A stretch of 64,000 nt of DNA from Sporopachydermia quercuum (Eukaryota), in NCBI GenBank assembly GCA_001599295.1, contig BCGN01000008.1:930001-994000 (forward strand), read 5' to 3'. The notes below the pieces were generated by a model, which did not search any database, was not told the origin of the DNA, and worked only from the letters and a program-made list of their open reading frames with translations. Of the stretch, positions 1 to 14,604 are shown piece by piece. Positions within the stretch are counted from its first letter, which is position 1, and the number at the start of each line of letters is the position of its first letter. The position numbers and the translations under genes were made by a program.

Positions 1-344
1 TAAAACAACAATCTAATATCATGATTAAGTGATTGACTTTGGAACTCAATCTTGCTTTTTGTAAAGGTTCAAGCAAATGTCAGTAGAACATTCTACTTCG
101 CTGTTGATCACCATTACTTTATATAGGTCTAGTTAAGGGTGAATAAACCAATCTTTAACAACCAAGTCAATAGATTGTCAACTACTGAAAGCAATTCGTC
201 ACAACCAAGCTTTGCAAACTAGGCACCATCAATTAATTAAACTCGATATTTGTTGGTTAATTTAGAGTACCTAGAATAGTCTACAGTTGATCTAATCAAT
301 CATCAGTTATATAGGCCAAATCTCTATCCAAAGCGCATATCAAA

Positions 345-2507
<2,163 letters not shown>

Positions 2508-2948
2508 ATTTGCGACGTTGTTATATATGTGATAGGTATTAAATTGTTGGTATCGACTGTGTTCGTGATTCGATCTTATTTGTTAGTTGTACTTTATTAG
2601 TGATTCTTCAAATGATTCATTCTTGTTTTATCTTCTTTTCTTCTGGGTTAAGTTTTTCTTCTTGGTTTATTAAATATTCAATGGTTAAAAGTAAATGAAT
2701 AAGTATGATATATGAATAGTTTTTCTTTTTTTTTATTCCAGTAAAGAGAGGACGTGTGAGATCGTAGAAGTAAAGCAAAAAATCTAGGTTATGCACATTA
2801 TAATTCCACCATACTGTATACTTACATAACCAAAACTTATACCCAACTCATATGAATATATATCATATCACCTTTTATCAACGTTATATTACAATACTAC
2901 ATACTGCTTAAGCCTTGTCACTATCTTTAACAGATTCTTTTCTTCGTC

Positions 2949-5735
2949 CTAACTAACTCTTTTGCTATGCGCTAATGGAGCTGCCAAATTAACAGCTCTC
3001 TCCAAAACATGGGATATTCTTGTTGCTAAGCCTGCCTGTTTACAATCAACTGTTAAACTATGAAAGTCGATATTTGCTTCTTGACCATTCATTGATATAA
3101 CTGCCGATTTCAAATCTTCATTTAGTTTATAACAGTCACCAAATTGTGCCTTCATTATAGCTGAAATCTTATGGATTCGCTCTTGAGCATCTTGACTATT
3201 ATTATTACCACTATCAGTACCATTACCATCATGACCATAATGATCATCATTCTGGATTCCATGCTCATGCTTATGCTCATGATTCTTACTTGATAGTTTA
3301 ACAGAGGCAGGAGAAGAGTCAACAGATAAAAGAATTGCTAATACTGAATCTGCAATAGTATCATTCAAAACGCTACCAACCCATTCAATAGTACATTGAT
3401 TACCTTCCACTGTTACTACCACTGATTCCATAATACTTAATTCTAACCATGAATCATCTTGTGATAGAACATCAACATGACCAAACATTTGATTCAAATG
3501 GAACATAATTAGATCTCTGCTAGCATCTACTCGAACTGTTTGTCTTTCCTTGATGACTGTTGTTGTCAGACCTGATATTTCTCTTAGATCTGTCGGGTCC
3601 AGCATCGTCAATTTGAAGTCCTTTTGAACAAGAACACCTGATAATATTTGTCCTTGTTTCAAAGGATTATCAGCAATGCTGCCAATAGCCTAAAAAGTGA
3701 AAGTGTTAGCAATGGGAATAATGAAAAGAAAAAAAAAATTAATTAAATAAATGAATCTTATTAATATCAGTGAAGCTATCCTTCCAACAATTCATTCAGA
3801 CCATCAAAAAACGTACCTTGACAATCTTATCACCTTTAAATGTTAACTCCAGCTCCTCACAGTTCTTAGGATTGAAAACCCTAACCTCTTTATCCGTCTT
3901 CTTAAATTTGGAATATTTACTCAACAATGCACTCTTCAGCCTTCCCATAGGATTTGATTCACCATGAACCAAAATAATGCACTTGGGATTCACCAGTTCA
4001 ATAAACTTGGAGTTTTGTTCATAATCAACATGTGCTGCAAAAGATATCTCGTCAACTTTCAGCCTACGAGGAATCATAGTGTCAGGGTTATTGACAGAGG
4101 GTATTTGATCTGGTTCTGAGATGATTGATTTTGCCATAGTTCCTTCAACCGAATAACCAGTGATGATAAGTGCATTTCTATCATCAGGAGCCCATCGTTC
4201 TAACAATTCTCTAGATATACCATTTTGCAGCATACCTGGTGTTGCAATGACCACACAAGGATCTAAATCATCAATTTGATCAGCTCTTTTCACGTTGGTG
4301 ATGTTTTTGAAATTGAATGGATTACCTCTTTTCTCTTTTAGCGACTGTAGAATTCTTTCATTCATCGTATGAAGATATGTTTGGTACACAGCAAGACATT
4401 TTCTCGCCAATGCTGATGCATAGTAAATCGGAACATGTTCTAAATCCATATGCGTATCCCAGTACTCTTCCAATAATAGTAGCAGCTCCTGGGCATTTCC
4501 TAGAGCAAATGTTGGTAAAAGAACCCTCCCTCCTTTGTTGAGCGTATTATGAATGAGATTTGTCATTCGTAGTTCTTTCTCAGCTCTTGGTTCATGCGTA
4601 GCTGTACCAAATGTTGATTCGCAAATCATTATATCAGGTCTCTTAGGGGGAACTTCTGCTTGGTTTAAATGTCGATCTTCCTCTCTTGAGTAATCACCAG
4701 TGAAAAGGGTAGTTACATCTCCAATTTCTAGTAGATACATAGCAGCACCAAGCACATGACCAGCATGGTAAGCTGTGAATTTGATTCCATCAACGTTAAT
4801 AGTTTGGTGATAATCAATTGATTCTATTTTATCCACCGAAGACATGTGATCTTCGCCGGAAAAGAGTTTCCCTGTCGTAGCTGATGATGAGCTATCATTT
4901 GCATCTGTCACCTTAACAAAATCGTTTAATAGCCAACGGTAAATAGCTTTCGTTGGATGGGTCATGAAGACTCTTCCTTTGAAATTTGTGTGCTGCATTA
5001 CATAAGGCAAGGATGCTGCATGATCTAAGTGAAAACTGGAAAAAAAAAAAAGAAGTTAGAAGAAAATTGAGTGCTGAGAGCAGATGTAGCAGTGAGCAAG
5101 AGCTAATACTTACTGGCTTATGAGCAAAACATCCACTCGTGAAAGGTCATATTCGTCATAAAACGGTAATGATGAGAGACCAGTGTAAGCAGGATGAACA
5201 CCTGCATCAAGCTATTCATTAGTTAGTAAATAACTACTAAATAACTACATTATAGTATTCTAAATGAATAAAGAAAATGAGCCGCGGAGGGAATATGGGA
5301 AAAGTATGCCATGAGCACGTGAACAGTATTGCTTAATCAACAAAACCCTGCAAACAGCCCAAATTGTATAAACATTGAAAGCATTAAAATATATCTCAAT
5401 ACTTCTAAAACTCTCTTTTTATCCTGCTTCATTTCATGTCTCTTTATTCTATCAAATCTGCTTCGATTGATCTTCAAAATTCATTCGTTACATACCATCA
5501 CCACTTTGCCCATATACTCGATTATATGGCATGATCTCCCAACTTCATTTCCACCTCCAAGAGCAACGAATTGAAATTTCTCATTCTCAGGCTGTTAAAA
5601 ATCGTTAGAAATCATATATATAATATAGTAGTTGCTGTAATAGCAATTCAATTAAGAATCCATCTATTCCATTATCTTCACATCAGTATGAGAGCTTACC
5701 ACTTCGTCTGAGACTTCTAGAACACGTTTTGACAT
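2949..5735 (-). CDS. YSH1: Pre-mRNA 3'-end endonuclease Ysh1/CPSF73, 5 exons, ~729 aa
   Basis: Hand-spliced exons 5735-5700, 5591-5496, 5211-5114, 5035-3817, 3689-2949. Introns begin GTAAGC/GTATGT/GTAAGT/GTACGT, have CTAAC branch points and end in YAG. The joined frame restores [37 protein letters not shown] and VHGE (metallo-beta-lactamase/beta-CASP). Confidence 0.95.
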
Positions 5736-6431
5736 TCTCAGGCGCCATGAAAAGATTTCCAACCTGAATAAACCCAAATTCAATAGATTTGCGAATTCTT
5801 TATACAATACTATTGTCCTGTTATTTAATAGGACTTTCATCTGGATTAGAAACAATTGTATTGAAAGTAATGTTTAGGGAAAGGATGGGAAATGGAACAA
5901 ACAGTATATGTTAGTACTGTGCTAGGTATATGGTGGATTACAGGAGATAGTTCGTAGGAAAGAAAGAAAATACGGAGACGATATAAGCATTTCGGAAATA
6001 ATGCATGAACTAGTAAGATCTGAAGAGCTGGTGTATTGGAGTTTGTTTTAGATTTAGCACGTTAATATTGTACATCTAATACAACTTTAGGTTATATTTT
6101 TTCTAGTTGAAGTCTCCTGCGGTTCCATACTTTTTTGTATGGTATCTATTGTTTCTCTACTCATAGTATNCGGTTTCCGTTATTTTCTTAACTACCTAAC
6201 CTCTCCACTTGCTATCCTACTACTAAAGTGAGATGCGAAAGTCCCCAATCCTCGACGGACAAGGCAGAGAATACATAATATAATTATTAATTCTACTTTT
6301 TATTAAAATATTATGTAGGAAGTCATTTATAAATATACTAAGAAGATGAAATCGATTAAGGCAGCATATTGTAATAACAGAAATACCGCACATTGTGATT
6401 ATGACATGGCATACTGCCCTTGACAACCAAC

Positions 6432-9400
6432 CTAACTATACTGATCATCGTCAATCATTCCGTCTAGATCGTTCATTTCCAGCTCATTGACCTCGATTGG
6501 CATCATCTCCATAGTGTTTCCATGGTCAATAATATGTTTGACTTCTTGAGGAATAGTAACTTCCGGAAGACTTCTATCATCAGTCTTAGTTTCTTGCGGT
6601 CCGTCGTCATAATTATGAAATGAGGTTTCTGGTTGATCAGAAGAATTATTGATACCTGTAGAATTTCCATCATTATTACCATTATTTATAATCGATTCCA
6701 TCCCATTCTCTTCTTGACTAATTCCACTTAAATTAGTGTTGTTTTCATTTTGGTTTCCTTGTTTCATCTGAAAATTGCCTGCACCTGGAACTAATTGCGT
6801 ATTCCATGGAACAGAGGTTAAAAATCCACCTTTTTCAGCATTAAATCCCATCCATTCATCAATCCAACATCTGACAATCCACCAGCCACCAAATCCAGCT
6901 CCTCCACTGAGTGTAATTTCGCGCAACGTAGTGGTCAAAATAGAACTCATATACAATAGAAACAGCCTTGTAGGAACTTGAGGGAACCTTTGAGGCAATG
7001 ATAATAAGAACGAAGCCCATTTAACAATAATTTCCTCCATTTTTGTCTGTTCTTCGTCTTCTTCACCTTCTGTGGAGGTCATAACGTCCGTTTTATTCAT
7101 ATTATCGCCATCTTCAATGAATTCACTACCATTTTGCTCATTACTTTCCCCACCGACGCCATAGCTTTCGCTTCCGTAATTATATCCTGGACCTGAGTGT
7201 GGAATAGAAGATGTAGTGTCAATGGAACTGGAGATCTTTTTGGAGCCTTTAGGACTAGAAATTGCACCGTTATTGCCTCCAGTGGCATTACCAGGATTGG
7301 CATTGTTAATGCTTGAACTCCGGCCTGTAGAAACACCACTATTTCTATCGCCAGTACCAGTTTTCAGGTTTTGCTCGTCCACACTCTCACCAACAATGAT
7401 ATCTTGACCGACATTCTGTTCAACCACTCCTGAAGCTTCTGAATGCTTCCCATCGAACAAAAGCAGTTCAGGAACTTCTACCTTGAGAATATATAGAACT
7501 TTCCTGATCTCAGTCTCAGNACAAGACAGCTCACAGGTAGCAATATTCTCAAAATCAACAGAATTGACCCAATCGCTCCTCATTAAAATTCTATCTGGAG
7601 GATGAGCTAAGATTTTACCCGCTGCCTGTGCCGTCTCATTAACACGAATAAGTCTTCTAAGTAATGAAGCAAATATCTTTGCTGGGATCAACCTCATTCT
7701 AACTAATTCATCAGACAACCCACAGTTCTTATAACTGTTCTGCAATGTTGGCACTAATGATACAGATAAATTTCTCAAAATATTCAAAACCTGTGGTGGT
7801 GTTTCTTCTAATGCCAATGGGCTCACCATTTTCATCATTTCTCTATACATTTCTAAATCTGCCAATTGGATCCAACGAGCAACCGATTTGGTGAGGAATA
7901 TCTTCTGTACAGGAGAAATCAGCGACGAATAGAATGTACTCATTTGACTCAACATCTTCTTAACGTGCATGAACCTCGTAGACTCTACAACTTGAGCAAT
8001 GTGAGATCGAAACAGTCCATATAATGTCTCAGCTGCATCTCGATCACTTTGAAGAGAAAGATAATCACCAATTGGTGGGAGAGAAATTGGCCCTGGTGTG
8101 TACGATATTAACGAGGATTGTTCATTATTGGATAAGAACTTCAATCTAGTAGTGAGACTACCAACGGTTATGTCGAAATAATCCTCAGGCAAGTTCCTAA
8201 GATTGTTGGGCACAGGAGTAGAGCTATCATGAGAATTCAATGAGCTTTTAGCTGAATAAGTTCCTGGAACTCTATTATTGCTTTTAATGCTATCAGGAGT
8301 ATTGGCAGGACTCAATTGTGAGTCAAACGAGATATCTGGTGTAGACATGCCCATAGGACCTGTCATCAGAGGATTAGGACTGAAAGCTGACAGTTTTGAA
8401 GAGGAGCCCATAACAGGTGTTGAACTTCCACTATGGGTCACACTAGAAGCTGTGTCATCTCCTAGTAATTTTATCCCGCAATAATGATACTTGGATTGAC
8501 CTCTGGTGCCTAATCTTCTAGTACGAATATTAGGAAATAATACTCTCACAAGTTTACCAAAAGACGCAGGACTTAAAGGTTTCAATCCATGATCAGCACA
8601 TAAAGAAACATAGCGGGCATATATTCTGTTTCTTGGTACAACTGAATCAGCATTCATTTCACAAGATTTCATCAACCAGGTCATTCCAAATACTTGTTTC
8701 TCCTTCTCGTTACCTTGCCGTTCACTACTGCTGGTTCTCACTTGTTCGGCATATTCCTCAATTGAGATCTCACAGTTTTTCCTTGCTATGCGTTTCATTT
8801 CCCTTTCTGCCTCGTCTTGTCCTGCTCGCACGGAATTTCGCTTCCTTGCATTGATTGTAGAGAAGGAATCAGACATTGGCCGCATGATACCTGAGTTATG
8901 AAGCAGAGGAGAGTCCATGGAAGATGATATGCTAGAATGCCGCGACGTTTGAGAGAAGCTTCGTTTATCAGGAGTCAATTGTCCTGCAGTTCCTGTAGTT
9001 CCCGAAGTCTCTGGAGCACCTGGTGAAGCGAATTGGTTCTGTTGGGTATGAGAAGTTATCATCATGTTCCTTTGGTTTGGTCTTGATGAATGTCGCTGTT
9101 GCTGTTGTTGCATTATTAGTTGAGCGTTGGGAAGAGGAGATTTTAACTGATGGGATCTACTTGCTGTAGCAATGTTCTGTTGTGGGGTCAAATGGGCTTG
9201 TTGATATTGCTGCGAGTGAGGCGAATATGTATTTATGTTTCCATCCATGGTCTCAAAAGGTTCGTAGTGCATTATAGAATCAGCGTCGGGTATATGTTGA
9301 TGATGTGGTGTACTTTGGCTTTGGCCTTGATCTTGCGGCTGTGTTTGCAGTTGCGCTTGCAGTTGAAGTTGGTTATGCTGGCGTTGCAGTTGCGGATTAT

Positions 9401-9788
9401 GATTATGGTTATGCTGCTGTTGAGGGGTCATTGGATGAGCGTTTTGGAGTTGCTGTTGATTTAGTCCTCTATTGGCTAGTTGTTGAAGCTGCTGTTGATG
9501 AAGGGCATGCTGATGAGAGTGTTGTTGAGGATGTAGGTTACTGCTGACAGGAAGCTGGCCATGTGGCGATAGTCTTTGTTCCTGTTGAAGCTTTTGAACT
9601 GCCTGATGTTGCAATTGTTGCTGCTGTTGTTGTATGATATGCTGAGACGTCGTATGGGATGGATAATAAGAATCAGGCATTGGTGAGTTCTCCAGCTTGG
9701 TTTTCTTACTCTCAGGTGAAAGCATAGGATTATAATTCTGATTCTGGAACTGAGCCATATCAATATTAGGATCAACAGACATGTTCAT
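6432..9788 (-). CDS. RFX1: RFX winged-helix transcription factor (Rfx1/Crt1-like), 1118 aa, with Q/H-rich N-terminus
   Basis: RFX DNA-binding domain VPRNRIYARY...LSPASFGKLVRVLFPNIRTRRLGTRGQSKYHYCGI, and a C-terminal dimerisation-like region REITLSGGAGFGGWW. Confidence 0.92.
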   Translation of the reverse strand: MNMSVDPNIDMAQFQNQNYNPMLSPESKKTKLENSPMPDSYYPSHTTSQHIIQQQQQQLQHQAVQKLQQEQRLSPHGQLPVSSNLHPQQHSHQHALHQQQLQQLANRGLNQQQLQNAHPMTPQQQHNHNHNPQLQRQHNQLQLQAQLQTQPQDQGQSQSTPHHQHIPDADSIMHYEPFETMDGNINTYSPHSQQYQQAHLTPQQNIATASRSHQLKSPLPNAQLIMQQQQQRHSSRPNQRNMMITSHTQQNQFASPGAPETSGTTGTAGQLTPDKRSFSQTSRHSSISSSMDSPLLHNSGIMRPMSDSFSTINARKRNSVRAGQDEAEREMKRIARKNCEISIEEYAEQVRTSSSERQGNEKEKQVFGMTWLMKSCEMNADSVVPRNRIYARYVSLCADHGLKPLSPASFGKLVRVLFPNIRTRRLGTRGQSKYHYCGIKLLGDDTASSVTHSGSSTPVMGSSSKLSAFSPNPLMTGPMGMSTPDISFDSQLSPANTPDSIKSNNRVPGTYSAKSSLNSHDSSTPVPNNLRNLPEDYFDITVGSLTTRLKFLSNNEQSSLISYTPGPISLPPIGDYLSLQSDRDAAETLYGLFRSHIAQVVESTRFMHVKKMLSQMSTFYSSLISPVQKIFLTKSVARWIQLADLEMYREMMKMVSPLALEETPPQVLNILRNLSVSLVPTLQNSYKNCGLSDELVRMRLIPAKIFASLLRRLIRVNETAQAAGKILAHPPDRILMRSDWVNSVDFENIATCELSCXETEIRKVLYILKVEVPELLLFDGKHSEASGVVEQNVGQDIIVGESVDEQNLKTGTGDRNSGVSTGRSSSINNANPGNATGGNNGAISSPKGSKKISSSIDTTSSIPHSGPGYNYGSESYGVGGESNEQNGSEFIEDGDNMNKTDVMTSTEGEEDEEQTKMEEIIVKWASFLLSLPQRFPQVPTRLFLLYMSSILTTTLREITLSGGAGFGGWWIVRCWIDEWMGFNAEKGGFLTSVPWNTQLVPGAGNFQMKQGNQNENNTNLSGISQEENGMESIINNGNNDGNSTGINNSSDQPETSFHNYDDGPQETKTDDRSLPEVTIPQEVKHIIDHGNTMEMMPIEVNELEMNDLDGMIDDDQYS

Positions 9789-12700
9789 CTAAAGCGAATA
9801 ATACCAGTAATTCAGGGATAAAAAAGCTCACGACTCAGAACACAGTAAGAAAACCAGAGAGGCTGCTGACGTAGATTTCTTGAAAGGGCACGTGAATGAA
9901 TAGATATGAATAGCTGTCAAATTTCACTTTCAATGTCAATACCAATTTGAATACGTAGTGCAATATAGTTGAGTATGAGGTATACGTCAATGATTATTGA
10001 TTTCCATTCACTTCTAAGTTGATATACAGTTCACCCAATAGTAGCTTCCAAGCAATGACACTGGTGATAGATCTGAAAATGACCAATCAGAGAATATTAG
10101 CAAATACTTTTATCAATTGTTCCTTTGGTGTTGTGCTGCAAAGGTAGACAACTATCTTGTGTCCTTTTCGATGAATCTAAGAATAAACAGTTATTCTATA
10201 GAAGGAATCCTTTTCTTCTTTTCAAACTATAGCTTCGAATCAAACTAGGATAACCAACACGGCATTTGGTTGATTTTCAGTGAGAATCAATTCAAACGGA
10301 TGAGCTGCTGCTAAATTTACTCAGTCTGTTAGTAGATGTAACAAAAGAAATAAAGCACACATGTCTGCGGACAGGAAACCATAGGAAAAGGAAGTAGCAC
10401 AGATCATCAATCTGATCGAATAGTGCTGTGGACATGTATCCAATTGATAGGTCTTAATCAAATCAATGTATATTTCATGCCAGATATCAATTTCTTTCTC
10501 TCTCACAGTTTTATTCTCCAGTTGATTCAAGCAGTTTTATCATACAAACTGTGCATTCCTCTTTTCTCTATCGGCTGATTGTTTTGTGCTAATAAAAAAT
10601 CGTTTCAATCAGATCAATCAAAAACGTATCCTCAAATCATTAGAACTATCATCAGTTCAATTACTCGTATTTCATAGTACTTACCTTTCAGATTGATTCT
10701 ATTTACAGCTCTTTTTTATTTTATATCCTTCTTGTCCTCTTTCTATCTTTCTCTTTCTCTGCTTCTTGATACTCTAATTCTACGGCCTCTAATGCTTTCT
10801 GCTCTTTGCACTTCGCTCCCCCTTCTACTACAACTCTATAAAAAATCTTTCTTCGTTCTTCTCGTTCTCGTTCTTTTGCTTCTTCTTCCGTATTAGTTCT
10901 TCAGCTCTTGTATCTATTTTTCCTCCTATCTCTGTTTTTTCTACTCCTATTATTTTAGTGTACTACCAACAATTGTCAATCAAGCAATAAATGATTCAAT
11001 CACTCAATAATGCAATCAATCAAAGGTGTCTTACCGTGTAGCAAATCAAATACAATATACCAATACTAATCTTACCTCACTATGTAAGGAAAGAAAGTAC
11101 TTAGTAAGTATGNAAGCTTGTACTGTAGTTGAGTGGAGTGGCTAGTTTCACAGGCAATGGAACCAGATGTATATAGGATGATTGTTGGTAAAACAAACAA
11201 AAAGTTAAGGAAAAAATATCTTCATAAAGCTATAAAATATTATCAGTATTTAATGTATTAGTTTATAATATTCGGGAGTAAAGTAGTTGGGAGATACTAG
11301 AATACAGAGTATAAGTAAATGTATATAGGTTAGGNAGCAAGCAAAGTTCTTTAGTATGAACGATAGAAACATTCTGTACAGTGAAAAAAATGTGAGTGGA
11401 AAAAAATGTGAAGGTGAAGGAAAGCAAAAAAGTATGGAAAGTCGAAGAAGATGGAGAAAGGGAGTAGTTAAAGGTAATGAGATATGAGAATCTTCGAAAC
11501 CACTTTTTTATGAGGAGAAATAATCTGGAAAAAATNGACACACAATATACGAATAAATAGGTACTTTTTTGATATGTAGATAGAAATCTGTATTGTATTG
11601 GGAAGATAGATAGAGGATGATGGGAATAGAATGATGAGGCTCATATAGTTGATGATGGAAATGAGAGATGGCTACTGATGTTATTAAATCTGATAGGAGG
11701 AGGAAATGGAGCGTGTTGCGATTATAAGATTTTGGTGATCCTGATGATAATGAATGTAAGAGCAGAGGATCTGCAATAAGTATGTAGGGGAGGTGGTAAG
11801 GGTGAAAAGTAGCGTTAATTAGACGGTGAGAAGCTGAATTGAGACGAAGATTTTACGTACTTGTAGGAACTTCAGATACTTTGAGCAATTTGGATGAGAA
11901 TTATCTTGTTTGTGAGATTTGACCGTTAATTTGAATGAAAAGTCAGTTTGTCTGATCCTCAATCTGTAGCAATGTTGGTTGAGACGAGACTGATTATTGA
12001 TATCAAATGAACAGGTAATTGTCATTCAAATACGGTATGGTTATCTCAAAAACTGACTACAACAATATAGCTAGCACATAAACCTTTGGTATGGCAAAGA
12101 TCCGTATTGTGAAGTTGAACAATTGAGAGACCTTGTAAATTGGAATTTGTTGTAGTAATAGAAATAGATCTCCTCGTGAGCTCATTTGACAGGAAAAAAG
12201 AAGGTACACTCATACATGTTGAAACAGACCTCGGGCAGCGATGGAACTTTAATCGCCTACAGATCAATCTAGACAGTTCAAGGGCTTGTTAAAAATAATA
12301 TAAATGTAATTTCTTACAAGTGTTTTATCTGTTGCAATTGATACAATTGAAACACGAAACAGGTTTAGATTTACTCTACTCTAAAGTCAGAGATGCTTAT
12401 TCAAATTCAATTATTATTACATCATACGGCCATCCACCTATGTTTTCTTAGCAATAAAAGATATATTTCATTCACATTCACTTCAACTAGTTGTGATTCT
12501 ATATATAATGCACATCATTTCCCTACATTACTTCATTTATCTCCCTGTATTTTCAAATCCCTGGCTTTCTCCGAAACCTAGTCAGTCGCCTCATCCTAAG
12601 ACCGATCCTGTCAATTGAACGCGAACTTTCGCGTATCACTAGTTCGGTCATGTGATCTAGACCTCATCTCTCCTGTACCCCCACAAACATTTTTATTTTC

Positions 12701-13180
12701 AGAACACTTCCGGAACATATACAAATTATTTCCCGGAAGAAGGTCTTCTTATCATTTCACACAGTAAAATTTTTTTATGTTTTGTATGAATGTTCCTTTA
12801 TCTTGTATGTTGGAAGACCGGAATTGATCATCAATTGTATGAATGAATACAAGAACAACTGGAAAATAACAGTACTTTTTTCTTTAGAACAAGANTAACC
12901 GCTATCAAGAGTTTTGTTTCTTATTTTCTTAAAGAAAGACGGACTCTCTTGTTCCAGCTTGTTCATTTTAAAGCTCAGTAAGCATCACCGAGGACAAACA
13001 GGTTACATACGGTTGACATATCAGATCTTTTTTGCTGTGCCAAAGCTGTTTTAAAGCTTTCAGTGTCATTTTCTTCATATTCTTCGAGTAATTCAGTACG
13101 GTGGTATTTTTGTACTTCTTTCAGAAACATAACGTTTCGCTGTCTACTCATCTCTCAACATATAGAGCATCGCTTACGTA

Positions 13181-13942
13181 ATGTCAGAATCTACTATCGA
13201 CCTTAAGGCTGCTGGTAATACAATTCCAGAAACCATTCTCAAAAAGAGAAAGAACGCTGACAGAATCAGGTCGGAGAAAATTGCTGCTGCTGAAGAGAAG
13301 AGGAAACAATCAACAAAAAGGAAGGCTCTTTTCAAGAGGGCTGAGTACTATATCAAAGAACATCGTGAAGAAGAGAAGGAAAAGAAACGTCTACGTGATT
13401 TAATAAAAACTAGTGATCAAAAGGATATCATAGTACCAAAAGATGCAAAGATTGCCTTTGTTATCAGAATCAAAACAACAACTAAAATCCCATCAAAACC
13501 AAGAAAAATTCTCCAGTTATTACGTCTTATGCAAGTGAATAGTGGAGTGTTTGTTAAACTAGATGAATCCTCATTAAAATTATTACAAATCATTGATCCA
13601 TATGTTGCTTATGGATATCCTAATCTTTCATCAGTACGGCAGTTGATTTACAAGCGTGGATATGGAAAAGTAAATGGTACTAGAGTTGCATTGACTGACA
13701 ATACTATAATTGAAGATAATTTAGTACAATTCGGACTTATTTGTATGGAAGATCTGATCCATGAAGTGTATACAGTTGGGCCTCATTTCAAACAAGCGAA
13801 CAATTTCTTATGGCCATTCAAGTTAAATAGTCCAAACGGTGGCTGGTTAGGTGTTAGAAAGAAGCTTAAGAAGCATGTTGAAAGTGGAGAAAGCGGTAAT
13901 CGTGAGGATGATATCAATGCTTTGATCAAAGCTCAGAACTAG
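13181..13942 (+). CDS. RLP7: Ribosome biogenesis protein Rlp7 (uL30/L7 family), 253 aa
   Basis: L30/L7 core [32 protein letters not shown]. The N-terminus [13 protein letters not shown] is Rlp7-type rather than Rpl7-type. Confidence 0.85.
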   Translation: MSESTIDLKAAGNTIPETILKKRKNADRIRSEKIAAAEEKRKQSTKRKALFKRAEYYIKEHREEEKEKKRLRDLIKTSDQKDIIVPKDAKIAFVIRIKTTTKIPSKPRKILQLLRLMQVNSGVFVKLDESSLKLLQIIDPYVAYGYPNLSSVRQLIYKRGYGKVNGTRVALTDNTIIEDNLVQFGLICMEDLIHEVYTVGPHFKQANNFLWPFKLNSPNGGWLGVRKKLKKHVESGESGNREDDINALIKAQN

Positions 13943-14604
13943 GTATAGTTTGTTTGTATATGGAGAAATTAATATATGTTCATTTAAATCGTCATTTTTA
14001 GTATGGAGTAATTAGTATTATTTGAACATGTATTAGAACTGGAAATCGATTGGAGGGTAGTACTTATTGCATTGGTCATAAAATATGGAGCTTCTACAAT
14101 ATAAAACTGTCTCATTGCTGCTATATTGATCTTCTATCATGGTTTTATGTGATGGTTATAGCCATTCGTAAATAAGAAATGCTCATGCTTTTCTAAGTTA
14201 ATACTAAAATGTACATTTCATTTATTCGTCATTATGGAAGCATATTCATAGTGAAGAACATAACTCAAAATTTATATATATTCTCTATCTTTTCGTCGTC
14301 CTTTCTTAACTCGTGACGTGCAATTCGATCGTCCTTATTCTGTTGTATCACAGGTAGCGATAACTCTTACACGACAACATATCCACTTTAGCTTTGGTGT
14401 CTTTCTGTTAGAAAGTAGTTAGTTCTATCCAAGCTCCTTCTTTCATTGTGTAAACAAGTGCAAGTCTATAATCTTATCTGTATATTGAATTCTCAACATT
14501 GAATAAATCCATCGTTAATTCTAATTTAATTTAGTAACAGTTTATTTGATAGTCCATACAGTGTTGTTTTACCTTCCATATTCAAGCTGCATAACTGAGT
14601 TCTC

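Noticed and set aside
9150..9775. Short ORFs overlapping RFX1, and similar shadow ORFs over ARP5, EAF7, PAL1, CDC24, CIR2, GDS1 and GAP1
   Set aside because: They are antisense or alternative-frame by-products of low-complexity coding sequence and have no recognisable motifs.
11140..11165. X-box-like GTTTCACAGGCAAT upstream of RFX1 (autoregulation)
   Set aside because: Too degenerate against GTTGCCATGGCAAC to distinguish from chance.
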